Virus record (IMG/VR): IMGVR_UViG_3300023212_000059
Location: 602 to 64,601 of that record
Length of the DNA: 64,000 nt
Direction: 5' to 3' (one strand)
From: a virus
Shown here: one piece after another, positions 8,443 to 17,622 of the stretch
How the letters are laid out: every line of letters starts with the position of its first letter
Position numbering within the stretch: the stretch's first letter is position 1
Notes under the pieces: generated by a model
Told to the model about the DNA's origin: nothing
Database searches by the model: none
What the model saw: only the letters and a program-made list of their open reading frames with translations
Translations under genes and position numbers: made by a program

Positions 8443-8933
8443 CAGCGTTCCCCTTTCAGCAAGCGTTCGAACGCTTCGAGGTTGCCCATCGCATCGTTGA
8501 CCGGGTTGTGGTCGTGTGGCGTGACGCGCAGGCGCTTCCACTTCTGAGTCTCGTAGAAGTCGCCGCGCAGTCCGGCGTAGAAGTCCGAGATGCGTCGCGC
8601 AGAGTGACCGAATGGGTTGCGGCCAAGCGTACGCCAGAAGCCGTCCGCGATCCACATGAAGTCGTACGCCGGGTTGTCGCTGACCATGATGGCCCGTTTC
8701 CCACTGGTGGAAATGAGCCAATGCTCGAAGTCCTCGAAGACCTGACGCTCCTTCTCGAACGTCGGTTTGTCTCCAGGCAATGGCACAGCCGGGTTGTTCG
8801 GATCAGGGCTCGACCTGATGATCTGACCCCAAAACGTCTTGCGGCTCGGGTAGTGAACAGCGCCGAACTCGGTGAGTTGACCGGTCGCCGGACAGCCGCC
8901 GTACGCTTCGCAATCGACGAAGATGAGAGCCAT
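8442..8933 (-). CDS. DEDDh 3'-5' exo(ribo)nuclease, Rv2179c-like
   Basis: FVDCE (ExoI), SDNPAYD (ExoII), HNPVND (ExoIII). Confidence 0.8.
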   Translation of the reverse strand: MALIFVDCEAYGGCPATGQLTEFGAVHYPSRKTFWGQIIRSSPDPNNPAVPLPGDKPTFEKERQVFEDFEHWLISTSGKRAIMVSDNPAYDFMWIADGFWRTLGRNPFGHSARRISDFYAGLRGDFYETQKWKRLRVTPHDHNPVNDAMGNLEAFERLLKGER

Positions 8934-9112
8934 CACTTGTTCCCCTCGTTGTCCAGTTCGTCCTCGACCAAGTCGCGGCGCTCTTTGAACGCTCTGATGA
9001 TCTCGCCCAGGCCGTCCTTGAATTCTCCGAGCGAGCACTTCACCTTCTCGGCCTGACGGATGAAGTCCTGAGCCATATCGTACCAGAACTCGTCGTTCAG
9101 AGTCTTCGCCAT
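8933..9112 (-). CDS. hypothetical protein
   Basis: TGATG-coupled 59-aa ORF. Confidence 0.55.
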   Translation of the reverse strand: MAKTLNDEFWYDMAQDFIRQAEKVKCSLGEFKDGLGEIIRAFKERRDLVEDELDNEGNK

Positions 9113-9465
9113 CACTTCCCCACTTTCTTGCGAATGCTGACGCTGAATGTGTGGAGCCCGAGACCGTTCCACGAATTCGCGACTTCGTAGTCATGCAAGT
9201 CTCGTGTGACGGCTGCGATCATTGCGTCAATGTCAGCCTGCGCGAAGGCCGGGATTTCTTCGCCAAGCGAGTATAAGGACACCCGCATACATCCACCGTG
9301 CGCTTCAACGATCTTCCTGTTGGCCTCGTACTTCTTAACCTGCTTGGGCGTAGGGTCCTTGCGATGATCTCGCCCGAAGATCACGACAGGATGTCCGCCG
9401 GCACCTATAGCGAAGATGTACTTGAAGTCTGGGTGCTTGACCTTGTAGTTGAGATATTCACTCAT
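9112..9465 (-). CDS. hypothetical protein
   Basis: Coupled ORF starting MSEYLNY. Confidence 0.6.
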   Translation of the reverse strand: MSEYLNYKVKHPDFKYIFAIGAGGHPVVIFGRDHRKDPTPKQVKKYEANRKIVEAHGGCMRVSLYSLGEEIPAFAQADIDAMIAAVTRDLHDYEVANSWNGLGLHTFSVSIRKKVGK

Positions 9466-9614
9466 AGAGGCTTCCCCCAATTCGTGCAGCGACAGTCAAG
9501 CGCGAGTCCAACGTACTTCTCGCCGCACGTGAAACAGATGCCGCCACCGACTTTGCTTGCCATCCAGTACAGCGCGATGGCAAGTCCACGCTGGAAGATT
9601 TTTCTGAGCATGGT

Positions 9615-9830
9615 TCACTTCCCTTTCGGGAATTTCGAAACCAGCCCGATCATGTAGCTGAGGGACCTGCGCAGATCGCGAGCCTCAGCGAGTGTCATGA
9701 CCATCACACGTTTACTCGCTTGGAGCCAAATGCCAGGACCAGGGACAGCCTTGCCGTCGATGACCGAATACTCCGGGAAGCAGCACACGTGATCACGAAC
9801 CGGCGTCTTGGCCTTCATGCATAAAAGCAT
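9615..9830 (-). CDS. hypothetical protein
   Basis: 71-aa ORF. Confidence 0.45.
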   Translation of the reverse strand: MLLCMKAKTPVRDHVCCFPEYSVIDGKAVPGPGIWLQASKRVMVMTLAEARDLRRSLSYMIGLVSKFPKGK

Positions 9831-10362
9831 CTATGATTTGCTGTCTCCGGTCAACAACTATTTCGGCCGGCAGAGCCGTCGTTTCCTCTAGCGGGAATTC
9901 TCGTGGGTCCTGCCACGGTGAGGCGTTGATGGCCTCGAACTGACGGTCAATGTTCAGCACGTTGACCTGGACTGATCTAGGGGTGGCAGCAGGGTAGATG
10001 CTCGGGTACTCGCGCTTCAGGACTCGGTCGATAGTCGCAGAGTCAGCCTCAACCTTTTTCTCTTCGACAGTCGTAAGCGTCCTGTTGTCGGGCAGCTTGA
10101 CGATTTTCTTCTTGATCTCGACACGGGTGCCGATCTCCTTCTCCAACAGCTTGTTCCGATGAATGGCGCGAGCTTCCTGCATACGCTGGAAGAATCGCTG
10201 CGACCACTCCGGACCGTCACCAGAGCCTTGCTTCATCCATCGGTAAACAGACTGGACGGAGCAGCCGAACTGTACGGCTGAGCCAATCACATCGCCGGTC
10301 ACCTCGACGCGCTCGGCGATAAGCTCCTGAAGCTCATCCGTCAAAACCGTGGGCCTGCTCAT
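9793..10362 (-). CDS. terminase small subunit-like HTH protein
   Basis: MSRPTVLTDEL...AVQFGCSVQSVYRWMKQG HTH followed by a helical region typical of TerS; extended -10 TGgTAGACT just upstream. Confidence 0.55.
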   Translation of the reverse strand: MSRPTVLTDELQELIAERVEVTGDVIGSAVQFGCSVQSVYRWMKQGSGDGPEWSQRFFQRMQEARAIHRNKLLEKEIGTRVEIKKKIVKLPDNRTLTTVEEKKVEADSATIDRVLKREYPSIYPAATPRSVQVNVLNIDRQFEAINASPWQDPREFPLEETTALPAEIVVDRRQQIIDAFMHEGQDAGS

Positions 10363-10389
10363 CGTTGCCAAGTCTACCACAAATTCCCG

Positions 10390-10659
10390 CTAGCAGGACT
10401 TGGCGTGTGCCCTGGACTTATGGTTGCCACGGCACCAGTGACAGACCCGTTTCGGGGCTCGGGTAGGCCGCTCCTTGCCAGCCTGGAAGGACTTCGTGCC
10501 TGGGGTGCCAGGGACGTCCGTCGGCAGCCCTCGGGTGGTCCTGGAGAGCCGTGCGGCCTTACTGTGGCCATAGAACAGGAGCGCCGACGCCTTGGATCGG
10601 CTGGTGCTGGCCGAACCGAAGTTGGTCGGGAAGCGCTGCTCGTCTCGATGACCGCTCAT
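10390..10659 (-). CDS. hypothetical basic protein with CxxC
   Basis: ATGA-coupled; VCHWCRG. Confidence 0.45.
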   Translation of the reverse strand: MSGHRDEQRFPTNFGSASTSRSKASALLFYGHSKAARLSRTTRGLPTDVPGTPGTKSFQAGKERPTRAPKRVCHWCRGNHKSRAHAKSC

Positions 10660-11075
10660 GTCTTGATCCTCCTGAGCCTCACTGGTTTGAGCACCAGCGG
10701 AGGCGGTATGGGCTTCGGCTTTGGTTTCGGTTTCGGCCTGCTGCCACCAATCACTGCGACCTGAGTGAAGCCGAGCGCGTGGGCCGTATCCACCACCTGG
10801 AAACTCGTATCCACCTGGAAACTTACCGACTGCACGCTCACAGGAAGGTCTACGCCTTCGTTTTCGATCCAGACATTCAATGGCGGAGGCGGAGGAGGTG
10901 GAGGCTGCGTTCTGTGGAGCCCGCAGTTCCGACATTGCCACTCGTAATGATAGTCACCCTGCCCAAAGTAAAATTGCGGATCGTCGGGCACCATGATCCG
11001 GTCGAACTCGTGCGCACAATTCCGTTGCCTCTGAATCCTAGCACGTCGGTCGCGCCAGGATTTGAGCAGGTTCAT
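10656..11075 (-). CDS. Pro-rich hypothetical protein with RRIKT C-terminus
   Basis: CxH...CxxC, P8 run, PKPKPKPK, ends LRRIKT*. Confidence 0.65.
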   Translation of the reverse strand: MNLLKSWRDRRARIQRQRNCAHEFDRIMVPDDPQFYFGQGDYHYEWQCRNCGLHRTQPPPPPPPPLNVWIENEGVDLPVSVQSVSFQVDTSFQVVDTAHALGFTQVAVIGGSRPKPKPKPKPIPPPLVLKPVRLRRIKT

Positions 11076-11512
11076 GTCTTGATCCGGCGGAAAGGTCTCT
11101 CGGGCGGAAGCTGCGGACGGAGTGGAATCCGAACCGGTGGAGGCGGTGGGCTCGGATTGCGCGGTGGCTGCGGTGGCCGAACGACGCTAGGATAGGCTCC
11201 GCCCTTCTTTGCATCGACGTGACGTACGCGAGACTCCAATGTGTTTCCTTCGATTCGTTGACCTTGGCAGTGGCAAAATTCTCCCTGCTCCAAGGCCCGG
11301 AGGCAATAGCCACACTCCAACCCTACTACCACGTGGCCTATAGGCACGTTACCACTTTGGGACGACGTTATCGCCTGCACGAGAGTATTGACCTTGAATG
11401 GCACCTCACCATCCCGTAGCTGCAATCGACCGGGCATTCGAAAGACATTGGTGGCACTGAGGCTCGACACAGGTACATCGTCTATCACGTCGAACGACAC
11501 ATCGTCCATCAT
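11072..11512 (-). CDS. Pro-rich hypothetical protein with RRIKT C-terminus
   Basis: CxxC...CxC; Pro-rich tail; ends FRRIKT*. Confidence 0.65.
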   Translation of the reverse strand: MMDDVSFDVIDDVPVSSLSATNVFRMPGRLQLRDGEVPFKVNTLVQAITSSQSGNVPIGHVVVGLECGYCLRALEQGEFCHCQGQRIEGNTLESRVRHVDAKKGGAYPSVVRPPQPPRNPSPPPPPVRIPLRPQLPPERPFRRIKT

Positions 11513-11883
11513 GTCTTGATCCGACGCTGAATCCGATTCGACGGAGTCGGGTCAGGCATCGTCGGCGCCGGCATGACGTTTGGATCATCAGCAAGCCCGA
11601 AGAATCGCTTCACGAACTCCTTGATGGCTGGATCGGCTCGCTTACTGTTCCGATCCTCGAACTCCTTGGCTGCGATGCGCTTCTTCAACTCGTCGAATCG
11701 AGCTTGAGAAACGACGAGCTTGTTGCCTGTGAACGTGAACGCGGCGTCATCGAGGTTCTTGTCCACGACGACCTGGATGCCGAATAGCTCGGTCTGCTTA
11801 GTCTTGGGTTGCCACGATTCATGCAATCCTGGGGCTACTTCCAAGTCTGCGAGCGTGATCTTGGAGTGACTGGTCTTAGCCAC
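11509..11883 (-). CDS. hypothetical protein with RRIKT C-terminus
   Basis: Pro-rich tail; ends QRRIKT*. Confidence 0.65.
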   Translation of the reverse strand: MAKTSHSKITLADLEVAPGLHESWQPKTKQTELFGIQVVVDKNLDDAAFTFTGNKLVVSQARFDELKKRIAAKEFEDRNSKRADPAIKEFVKRFFGLADDPNVMPAPTMPDPTPSNRIQRRIKT

Positions 11884-12322
11884 CGGGAATCACCAGATTA
11901 CCCGTGAACTCGCGCCTCTGGCGCTCCTGCTCACGGATAATTTGCAGGCGCTCACTCGCCTCGGCGGCTTGCTCCGGCGTCCAGACCATATGCTCCGACT
12001 CTTCCTTCTTTTTCTTCTCAAGCTCTCGGGCCTGCTCGAACAGTCTCGTGAAAGAGTCGAGGAAAAACAGAGCACACTGCTTGGGGGTCGGCTGCACCTC
12101 TTGACCCTGAACAGGGACTCTCACCTCGTTCATGGCGCTTTCGATCTTCGCCCACATCTCGTCAGGAGCGTGCAGAAACTCCTTGATCCGGTCGCTTTCG
12201 TACCGGCGAGCTTGATCGAACATCATCTCCTTCGGCAGCTTATGCTGGCCCATCACTCCATCCCCCACATCGGCCGGACCCGAAGATTGACCGTCATAGC
12301 CGATATTAGATTCTGATTGCAC
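11876..12322 (-). CDS. hypothetical protein
   Basis: 148-aa helical ORF. Confidence 0.6.
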   Translation of the reverse strand: MQSESNIGYDGQSSGPADVGDGVMGQHKLPKEMMFDQARRYESDRIKEFLHAPDEMWAKIESAMNEVRVPVQGQEVQPTPKQCALFFLDSFTRLFEQARELEKKKKEESEHMVWTPEQAAEASERLQIIREQERQRREFTGNLVIPGG

Positions 12323-12465
12323 CAGCCGTCAAGCAAATTCCACGGGTCCTTGTGACGCGGCCTTGGCTTCTTCCAGCCCGGCCCGCTGTTACGTCCGGCC
12401 TTTCGGGCCTTGCCGGTGTACTGAGCTTTCTTCGGTTTCTTTTTCTCGTCTTCTTTGTCCTTCAA
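12253..12465 (-). CDS. basic hypothetical protein
   Basis: ATGA-coupled, Lys-rich. Confidence 0.45.
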   Translation of the reverse strand: MKDKEDEKKKPKKAQYTGKARKAGRNSGPGWKKPRPRHKDPWNLLDGWCNQNLISAMTVNLRVRPMWGME

Positions 12466-12782
12466 TGCCTATCACCTCGCACTGCTTCATTGCCGTCTGC
12501 TGATGGATGTGGAAGGACTCTAACGCCGCCGCCTGCTATACCACCGTACCAGGGAGTCGGCTCGCCGAGGCCGCTTCTGCACTCCGCACTGGCAGGCTGG
12601 AGTTGGAAGTCGATTTTCTGCTGCAAGCTGATCGCCCAATACGGAGCACGGTCGAGATAAGTGAACTCGCCACATGCCGTGCAGATGACCGCTGCGACTT
12701 CGGCGCGGCGGACCCCTCCGCAACGATAGCATCGTGGCAGGCTTTTCGACCGTGGGCTCTTACGACGACGGCGTTTTCCCAT
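12462..12782 (-). CDS. Zn-ribbon hypothetical protein
   Basis: CYRC...CTAC. Confidence 0.5.
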   Translation of the reverse strand: MGKRRRRKSPRSKSLPRCYRCGGVRRAEVAAVICTACGEFTYLDRAPYWAISLQQKIDFQLQPASAECRSGLGEPTPWYGGIAGGGVRVLPHPSADGNEAVRGDRH

Positions 12783-12977
12783 TGGCAGAATTTTACGCCC
12801 GTAAAGAGAAATCTGTCAAACACGGTCACTTTCTCCAACCGAGACCGACCGAAACTCGATGATGCGGACCGAGACCTTCATGTACTTTGGCGAGCTTGAG
12901 CAAAGTGCTCAACGAATCCTTGCCGCCGCGATTAGCCCCCCACGAACAATTCATACAGTGAATTCGAACGACGCGCT

Positions 12978-13511
12978 TCATTGCTCGCCAAGGATGAACA
13001 CGTTACCACACTCAGGACACGTCACCTGACGAATCGACGAGCCTGTGGTTGGCTCCGTGCCTTCAACGACTCCGCCGCCCAGACGCTTCATCAAGTCGTC
13101 CAGATCATCGGCGTCGAATCCTACACCTTCGAGGCTCGGGAGCTTCGTAAGCATTTCAGCCAAGTCCTGATCATTCCACCCGCCGAGCATGGTCATCTGG
13201 TTGTCTGCGACAAGGTACGCCATCGCCTCGGACTCGTTCGGGAACGTGATGCCTCGAACAACCGGAACCAGCCACTCTCCGTCTGAGCGCATGTCAACGT
13301 GTCGAGGCGGAGCTTCACCACGAGAGTGTCGCTGAAGCAATGCGTCGAGACGGCCGTGGCCGGCGACGAGGCGGTGCGTACCTTCGTCCACGATGAGCGG
13401 GGAGATGAAACCGAATCGCTCGAAGCTCTGCGTGATGGCCCCGATGTCGTGGTCCTTTGGATTGCGGGGCCACTTCGCGATTTCGTGGAGCGGAACGTTC
13501 TCGATGATCAT
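12978..13511 (-). CDS. ParB/Srx N-terminal domain protein with C-terminal Zn ribbon
   Basis: PRNPK.H...FGFISPLIVD...VAGHGRLDA; CPECG. Confidence 0.8.
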   Translation of the reverse strand: MIIENVPLHEIAKWPRNPKDHDIGAITQSFERFGFISPLIVDEGTHRLVAGHGRLDALLQRHSRGEAPPRHVDMRSDGEWLVPVVRGITFPNESEAMAYLVADNQMTMLGGWNDQDLAEMLTKLPSLEGVGFDADDLDDLMKRLGGGVVEGTEPTTGSSIRQVTCPECGNVFILGEQ

Positions 13512-13615
13512 GCCTTAATGAACATTCGAACCACAAACAAGACGAGCAACCAAAACAACGTTGTGTCGATGTCGCGCAAGACTTTGAGCACTTCCACTGC
13601 TTGATCTGGCGTCAT
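13508..13615 (-). CDS. small membrane peptide (35 aa)
   Basis: MTPDQAVEV...FWLLVLFVV; ATGA overlap. Confidence 0.5.
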   Translation of the reverse strand: MTPDQAVEVLKVLRDIDTTLFWLLVLFVVRMFIKA

Positions 13616-13868
13616 AGCTTCACTTTTTCCTCGCAGCCATCTGCTCGACGATAAACGTCTCTATGTCGTTGAGGCAACCTCGACTGAACACGGCACCAGG
13701 CATTGGAAAGAAGCAGTATTGCCGCCAACGGGAAAACCATGAGATTTTTCCGAGAATCGCACCATCAGACTTTGCTCGAATGTACCACGTGTGAGTCTTC
13801 TTTCCCAACGTCAAAGGCGACGCCAGATCGAACCTCATGTATTTACTCTGATCTGGCGTCATAGCTTC
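13602..13868. repeat. 20-bp direct repeat flanking ORF 13620..13862
   Basis: TGATCTGGCGTCATAGCTTC at 13602-13621 and 13849-13868. Confidence 0.85.
13620..13862 (-). CDS. hypothetical phage protein
   Basis: 80 aa; LGKISWFSRWRQYCFFP. Confidence 0.65.
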   Translation of the reverse strand: MTPDQSKYMRFDLASPLTLGKKTHTWYIRAKSDGAILGKISWFSRWRQYCFFPMPGAVFSRGCLNDIETFIVEQMAARKK

Positions 13869-14368
13869 CCCTGAATGTGCATCCGGCGCACATAATCAGC
13901 TATCAAGAGTGCTTCCGCACGACCGTCCAAAAGACGACCACGAGGCGTGCGGAACGAGTGCTGTGGGAACAACGCTTCGGCCATGACAATGCTCGCGTCC
14001 TTCTCCCGTCCTTTCCCACCAAACACATCCCGCTTCCATTTGGCCGGATGGACTTTCACGTGTGGAATCCCGTGCGCAGCTAACAAGCCGAGCCATAGAC
14101 CATAGCCTGTGCCGAACCGAAAGACTGAAACGACGCCTTCCATCGGGCGCGGACCGACTTCTTCGATGCCCGCTAGTATCGGCTGGTTGAACGCCAAGAT
14201 AGGGTTGAGCAATCGGTTCATCTCCGGTACGTCGAACTCCAGCTTCTCCTTCTTGCCGTTGCCAACGACCAGAATTGGGGTGTCGTAAACAGTACACTCT
14301 CGGGTCTCTGTCACTGTCAATACCGCTATGGCGCCTTGAAAACCTGGGTCGATTCCTACATAGATCAT
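13859..14368 (-). CDS. ruvC: RuvC-like Holliday junction resolvase
   Basis: VGIDPG, IEEV, FRFGTGYG, PAKWK, DGRAEALLIA. Confidence 0.85.
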   Translation of the reverse strand: MIYVGIDPGFQGAIAVLTVTETRECTVYDTPILVVGNGKKEKLEFDVPEMNRLLNPILAFNQPILAGIEEVGPRPMEGVVSVFRFGTGYGLWLGLLAAHGIPHVKVHPAKWKRDVFGGKGREKDASIVMAEALFPQHSFRTPRGRLLDGRAEALLIADYVRRMHIQGKL

Positions 14369-14736
14369 GTCTTGATCCTCCGACCGCTCACTTCGGGCAG
14401 GTCAGGTGCCGGAACAGGGTCTTCGACAAGAGTACCATCAAGAGACTTCACGAGTCCGACCTGCTGGAGCGCCCAGGCCATCGCTACTTCTTCACCATCG
14501 AACTGTTTCGCTATCGCGTCCCACTTGTTGACGTCGGTATCCTTCGAAATGCGCACATGCCACACGAGCTTACCATAAGGGTGCTCCTGGACAACCGGGA
14601 ACACGACGACGTGCCAGTGCTTGAACTTGAACCACTTGTTCCCCTTCTCACTCGTACGCCACGTGATCGGCTTGATCGGCTTCGAGCCCAAGAGCCTCCA
14701 CTTTCGGTTCGGATCACGGATGAGCCGGTCAGTCAT
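14365..14736 (-). CDS. hypothetical protein with RRIKT C-terminus
   Basis: Ends PVPAPDLPEVSGRRIKT*. Confidence 0.65.
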   Translation of the reverse strand: MTDRLIRDPNRKWRLLGSKPIKPITWRTSEKGNKWFKFKHWHVVVFPVVQEHPYGKLVWHVRISKDTDVNKWDAIAKQFDGEEVAMAWALQQVGLVKSLDGTLVEDPVPAPDLPEVSGRRIKT

Positions 14737-14737
14737 G

Positions 14738-14986
14738 TCAGCCGGTCAGTCCTTCCGCGAATGCGTCTAGTGGCTCGTACCTCTTTCGGTTGATCCGAGC
14801 AAGCCATCGCCGGCACTTCTCTCGGTCAATTTCCTTCATACGCGCAAACAACCAGTCATTACGCTTGGCGGCTGTTGCCTCGGCTGCGACGAATCGACTC
14901 AAACGCCTGTTCTCTCGCGCCAGTCTCCTGAACGCGCGCCGCCATGCGATATGGGCAGCTTTGTACTTTTGGAAGTTGGTCAGCAT
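14738..14986 (-). CDS. basic hypothetical protein
   Basis: ORF starting MLTNFQK. Confidence 0.5.
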   Translation of the reverse strand: MLTNFQKYKAAHIAWRRAFRRLARENRRLSRFVAAEATAAKRNDWLFARMKEIDREKCRRWLARINRKRYEPLDAFAEGLTG

Positions 14987-15104
14987 GGCTACGGGCAGTA
15001 GCGCGTCCAGAAGTCGATGCACGGAATGCGCGAGTGCGCCCACCATTGCATGAGGCCGAAGAGCACGAGCACGATGAAATACACGAGCGCGATCTGCCAG
15101 CCTT

Positions 15105-15296
15105 TCACGAAACTTCCTTGTACATAGTTTCAGGATTCACGGGAAACGAACGAGTTTTAACGCCGTTGTCCCATGTCAAACTCCATTCATTCTCGTCGAA
15201 CTCAGCCGACACCAAGACAGCCTCAAACTCCGCGTGTACACAGCAGTCGTCAAGGTCCACTTTGTATCTGCTACCTATCTTGAGAAAATCAGTCAA
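15105..15296 (-). CDS. hypothetical protein
   Basis: TTG start overlapping the end of the SMC gene. Confidence 0.5.
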   Translation of the reverse strand: MTDFLKIGSRYKVDLDDCCVHAEFEAVLVSAEFDENEWSLTWDNGVKTRSFPVNPETMYKEVS

Positions 15297-17016
15297 CGTA
15301 CACCTTCGACGTTCCGCCCTTCCTGACAACGCGCCAGGTCTTCGCACCAGGGAACATCGACTTCATCTGCGGGTTGTGTGTCACGAGGAACATGCTGCTC
15401 AACTCGTCCGTGTCTTGCTGGATAACCGCCGATACGCGCTGCAAGCCGGTCTCGTCGAGCGCATCGAAGATTTCGTCCGCCAAGCTGATGTTCACCGGCC
15501 GGGACAGACGCCAACGGGCTAGCGACCGAAGGCTCAGCGCGACGATCAGGTCTACACGGCGTTTCTCACCGCTGCTGAGCCCTTCGTACCTCGGCGAGCC
15601 TGAACCAGACAGCCGGATCAGGTCTTCAGTCTTCTTTCCTCGCAGCGCGTTGAACTCGACGCGGATATTATCGTCCGTCAAAAGCTCGCTGTACCGATGC
15701 GCAGCGGCGTTGAGCACAGGCGCAGCCGAGCCGAGAATTTCCGCCTTGAGCCCGTCCCCGGACGTGAACGCTTTCGACCAGAACGACGCAGTGTCCAGGT
15801 CCCACTTCTGCTTGACGACAACTTGCTTGATCGTCTCGGCCTCACTTGCCTTCACAGCACGAAGCCGACGAACTCGTTCGTACTGTGCCTGAAGCGTGAC
15901 CTTGCGCGCGAGCAAAGAGTTGAGCGCCACACGGTCCGCCGATAATTGCATCAGAACGCTATGTTGCTCAGCCTGGTCAACTTCCCATTTCGAGACAATT
16001 TCCTTCGCCGAATCCATCTTGGACTTCGCCTTGGTCACTTCCTTCTGGGCATACAGCAAATCTTCCTCGGCGCCGGCAAGCATCGGGCGAACATACTGTT
16101 CTTCAAGAGACTGAAGGCATGTAGGGCATTGAGACTTGCCGTTGAGCCCACGGTACTTCTCAATGTCCGCTGTCGCCGACTGCAATTCCGCCCGAGCCTG
16201 TGAATAGGTGAGCACCGTCTTCTCGTAGTCCTTACGAGCTTCGCCCAAGCCCCACTCGACACCACTCCGACGACCAGACTCAAGATGTGCGATCTCTTGT
16301 TGCAGGCGCTCTTCCTCAGCCGACTCATCGAGCGCGTCGAGTGTCGCGATCTCCTGGTCGTGAGCCTGTATTTCCCGCTGGAGGGAATTAAGCCTGCCCT
16401 CCGTGGCCGTGAGCGCAACCAACGACTCGGCGCCTCTCTGCTTCGCTGTCTCCCCGGCCTCCGACAACACGTCGAACCGCAGCACCTCTTCGAGCAGCCG
16501 CATCTGCGCCGCGAAGCCTCCAGTCGTCACCTTGAAGCCGGCGGCCTGGAGGAACAGAGCCGAGCGGAATGTGTCGTACGTGAAGCCGAGCAAGCTCGAC
16601 GGATCGGCGTCAGGTGTATGAAGCGCGGTGCCTTCGACGGACACCCAACCGGCCTGACCGCTTCCCTCTCTGTGCCAAACATAAAAATCTACTTCCGCAG
16701 AGTGACCAGGCTCCTTCCGACGCTGAACACAGAACCGCCCGCCGTCAATCTCGAACTCGACGTCAACACACGCGCCGTCCTTCGGATGGCACGCCTGGTC
16801 GCCGAGAACCTTATCACCATAGCGTGGCATCTTGCCCCAGAGCGCCCAAGGAATCGCCTCGAAGAGCATCGACTTTCCGGCACCGTTGCTGTCCGCTGAG
16901 GCCGTGTCCCAATTTTCTCCTTCGATGAGCACGAGCCCCTGACCGTCGAGCGGAAGAGTCACCGGTCCGTACTTGAGCGGACCGAAGGACTCAATCGTAA
17001 GACGTAGGAACTTCAC
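15289..17016 (-). CDS. Rad50/SbcC (T4 gp46-like) SMC ATPase
   Basis: Walker A NGAGKS, Zn hook CPTC, signature LSSGE, Walker B LADEIFDALD, H-loop VTH; GTG start. Confidence 0.9.
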   Translation of the reverse strand: MKFLRLTIESFGPLKYGPVTLPLDGQGLVLIEGENWDTASADSNGAGKSMLFEAIPWALWGKMPRYGDKVLGDQACHPKDGACVDVEFEIDGGRFCVQRRKEPGHSAEVDFYVWHREGSGQAGWVSVEGTALHTPDADPSSLLGFTYDTFRSALFLQAAGFKVTTGGFAAQMRLLEEVLRFDVLSEAGETAKQRGAESLVALTATEGRLNSLQREIQAHDQEIATLDALDESAEEERLQQEIAHLESGRRSGVEWGLGEARKDYEKTVLTYSQARAELQSATADIEKYRGLNGKSQCPTCLQSLEEQYVRPMLAGAEEDLLYAQKEVTKAKSKMDSAKEIVSKWEVDQAEQHSVLMQLSADRVALNSLLARKVTLQAQYERVRRLRAVKASEAETIKQVVVKQKWDLDTASFWSKAFTSGDGLKAEILGSAAPVLNAAAHRYSELLTDDNIRVEFNALRGKKTEDLIRLSGSGSPRYEGLSSGEKRRVDLIVALSLRSLARWRLSRPVNISLADEIFDALDETGLQRVSAVIQQDTDELSSMFLVTHNPQMKSMFPGAKTWRVVRKGGTSKVYVD

Positions 17017-17210
17017 ACCATAACCTTTTCGTGCCTGATGATCTTGCACTTGGCACATCTCTGAATATACACACGGCCGATCACCCTGTTCATCGTAGGA
17101 TGATATGGATGTATCGCCTCAATCTCCCTCACCTCAATGTCGTTCCACTCAGAATGAAAACACATCTCGTTGCTAGTCGCCTTATTGGAGTCTTTCTCTA
17201 GCTCTGACAT
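17013..17210 (-). CDS. hypothetical protein
   Basis: 65 aa, CxH...CxxC. Confidence 0.55.
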   Translation of the reverse strand: MSELEKDSNKATSNEMCFHSEWNDIEVREIEAIHPYHPTMNRVIGRVYIQRCAKCKIIRHEKVMV

Positions 17211-17527
17211 AAGAACCTCCCTTCCATCGGCCGCCCGTCTCGAATGGTCAAGACTTCGAACTTCGAGGCAATCGCCCAGAGTCGGTCCATCTCTTCAAGG
17301 AATACACGAGTCCAGGTTCGCAGACCATCACCGAAGCGACGATCTCCCGGACCAACGTGTTTGTTCGCCTCGGCCTCAGCGAGCGGGATGAGCTTGTTCC
17401 GGTTCTTGATGTACTCACAGTCGTGCTGTGCATCAATCCGAATCTTTCGAAGGTTATGGAATCGTCCCTCGTACATGAAGCCCTCATCGCACTTGCAGGT
17501 CATTTCCACAGTCGGCGTGCCTCCCAC
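17198..17527 (-). CDS. hypothetical protein
   Basis: 109-aa ORF. Confidence 0.55.
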   Translation of the reverse strand: MGGTPTVEMTCKCDEGFMYEGRFHNLRKIRIDAQHDCEYIKNRNKLIPLAEAEANKHVGPGDRRFGDGLRTWTRVFLEEMDRLWAIASKFEVLTIRDGRPMEGRFLCQS

Positions 17528-17622
17528 CCCACGAGCAAGCCTAACATGAAAAGACCGAAGCCCAGGAGACTAATTTTCAGGTCCTCAAGATTTTCCCACC
17601 AGAGGAAATACTCATGAAGCAT
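17500..17622 (-). CDS. small membrane peptide
   Basis: 40 aa, one TM segment. Confidence 0.45.
   Translation of the reverse strand: MLHEYFLWWENLEDLKISLLGFGLFMLGLLVGWEARRLWK

Noticed and set aside
3384-10392. 11-mer TAGCGGGAATT occurring three times
   Set aside because: Within chance expectation; inconsistent context and orientation.
5806-10982. DPQFY shared by two RRIKT-tagged proteins (5806-5820 and 10968-10982)
   Set aside because: A single five-residue match with no flanking similarity; could be chance.
14722-14751. 12-bp tandem duplication GACTGACCGGCT around a start codon
   Set aside because: Too short to interpret; probably a local slippage event.
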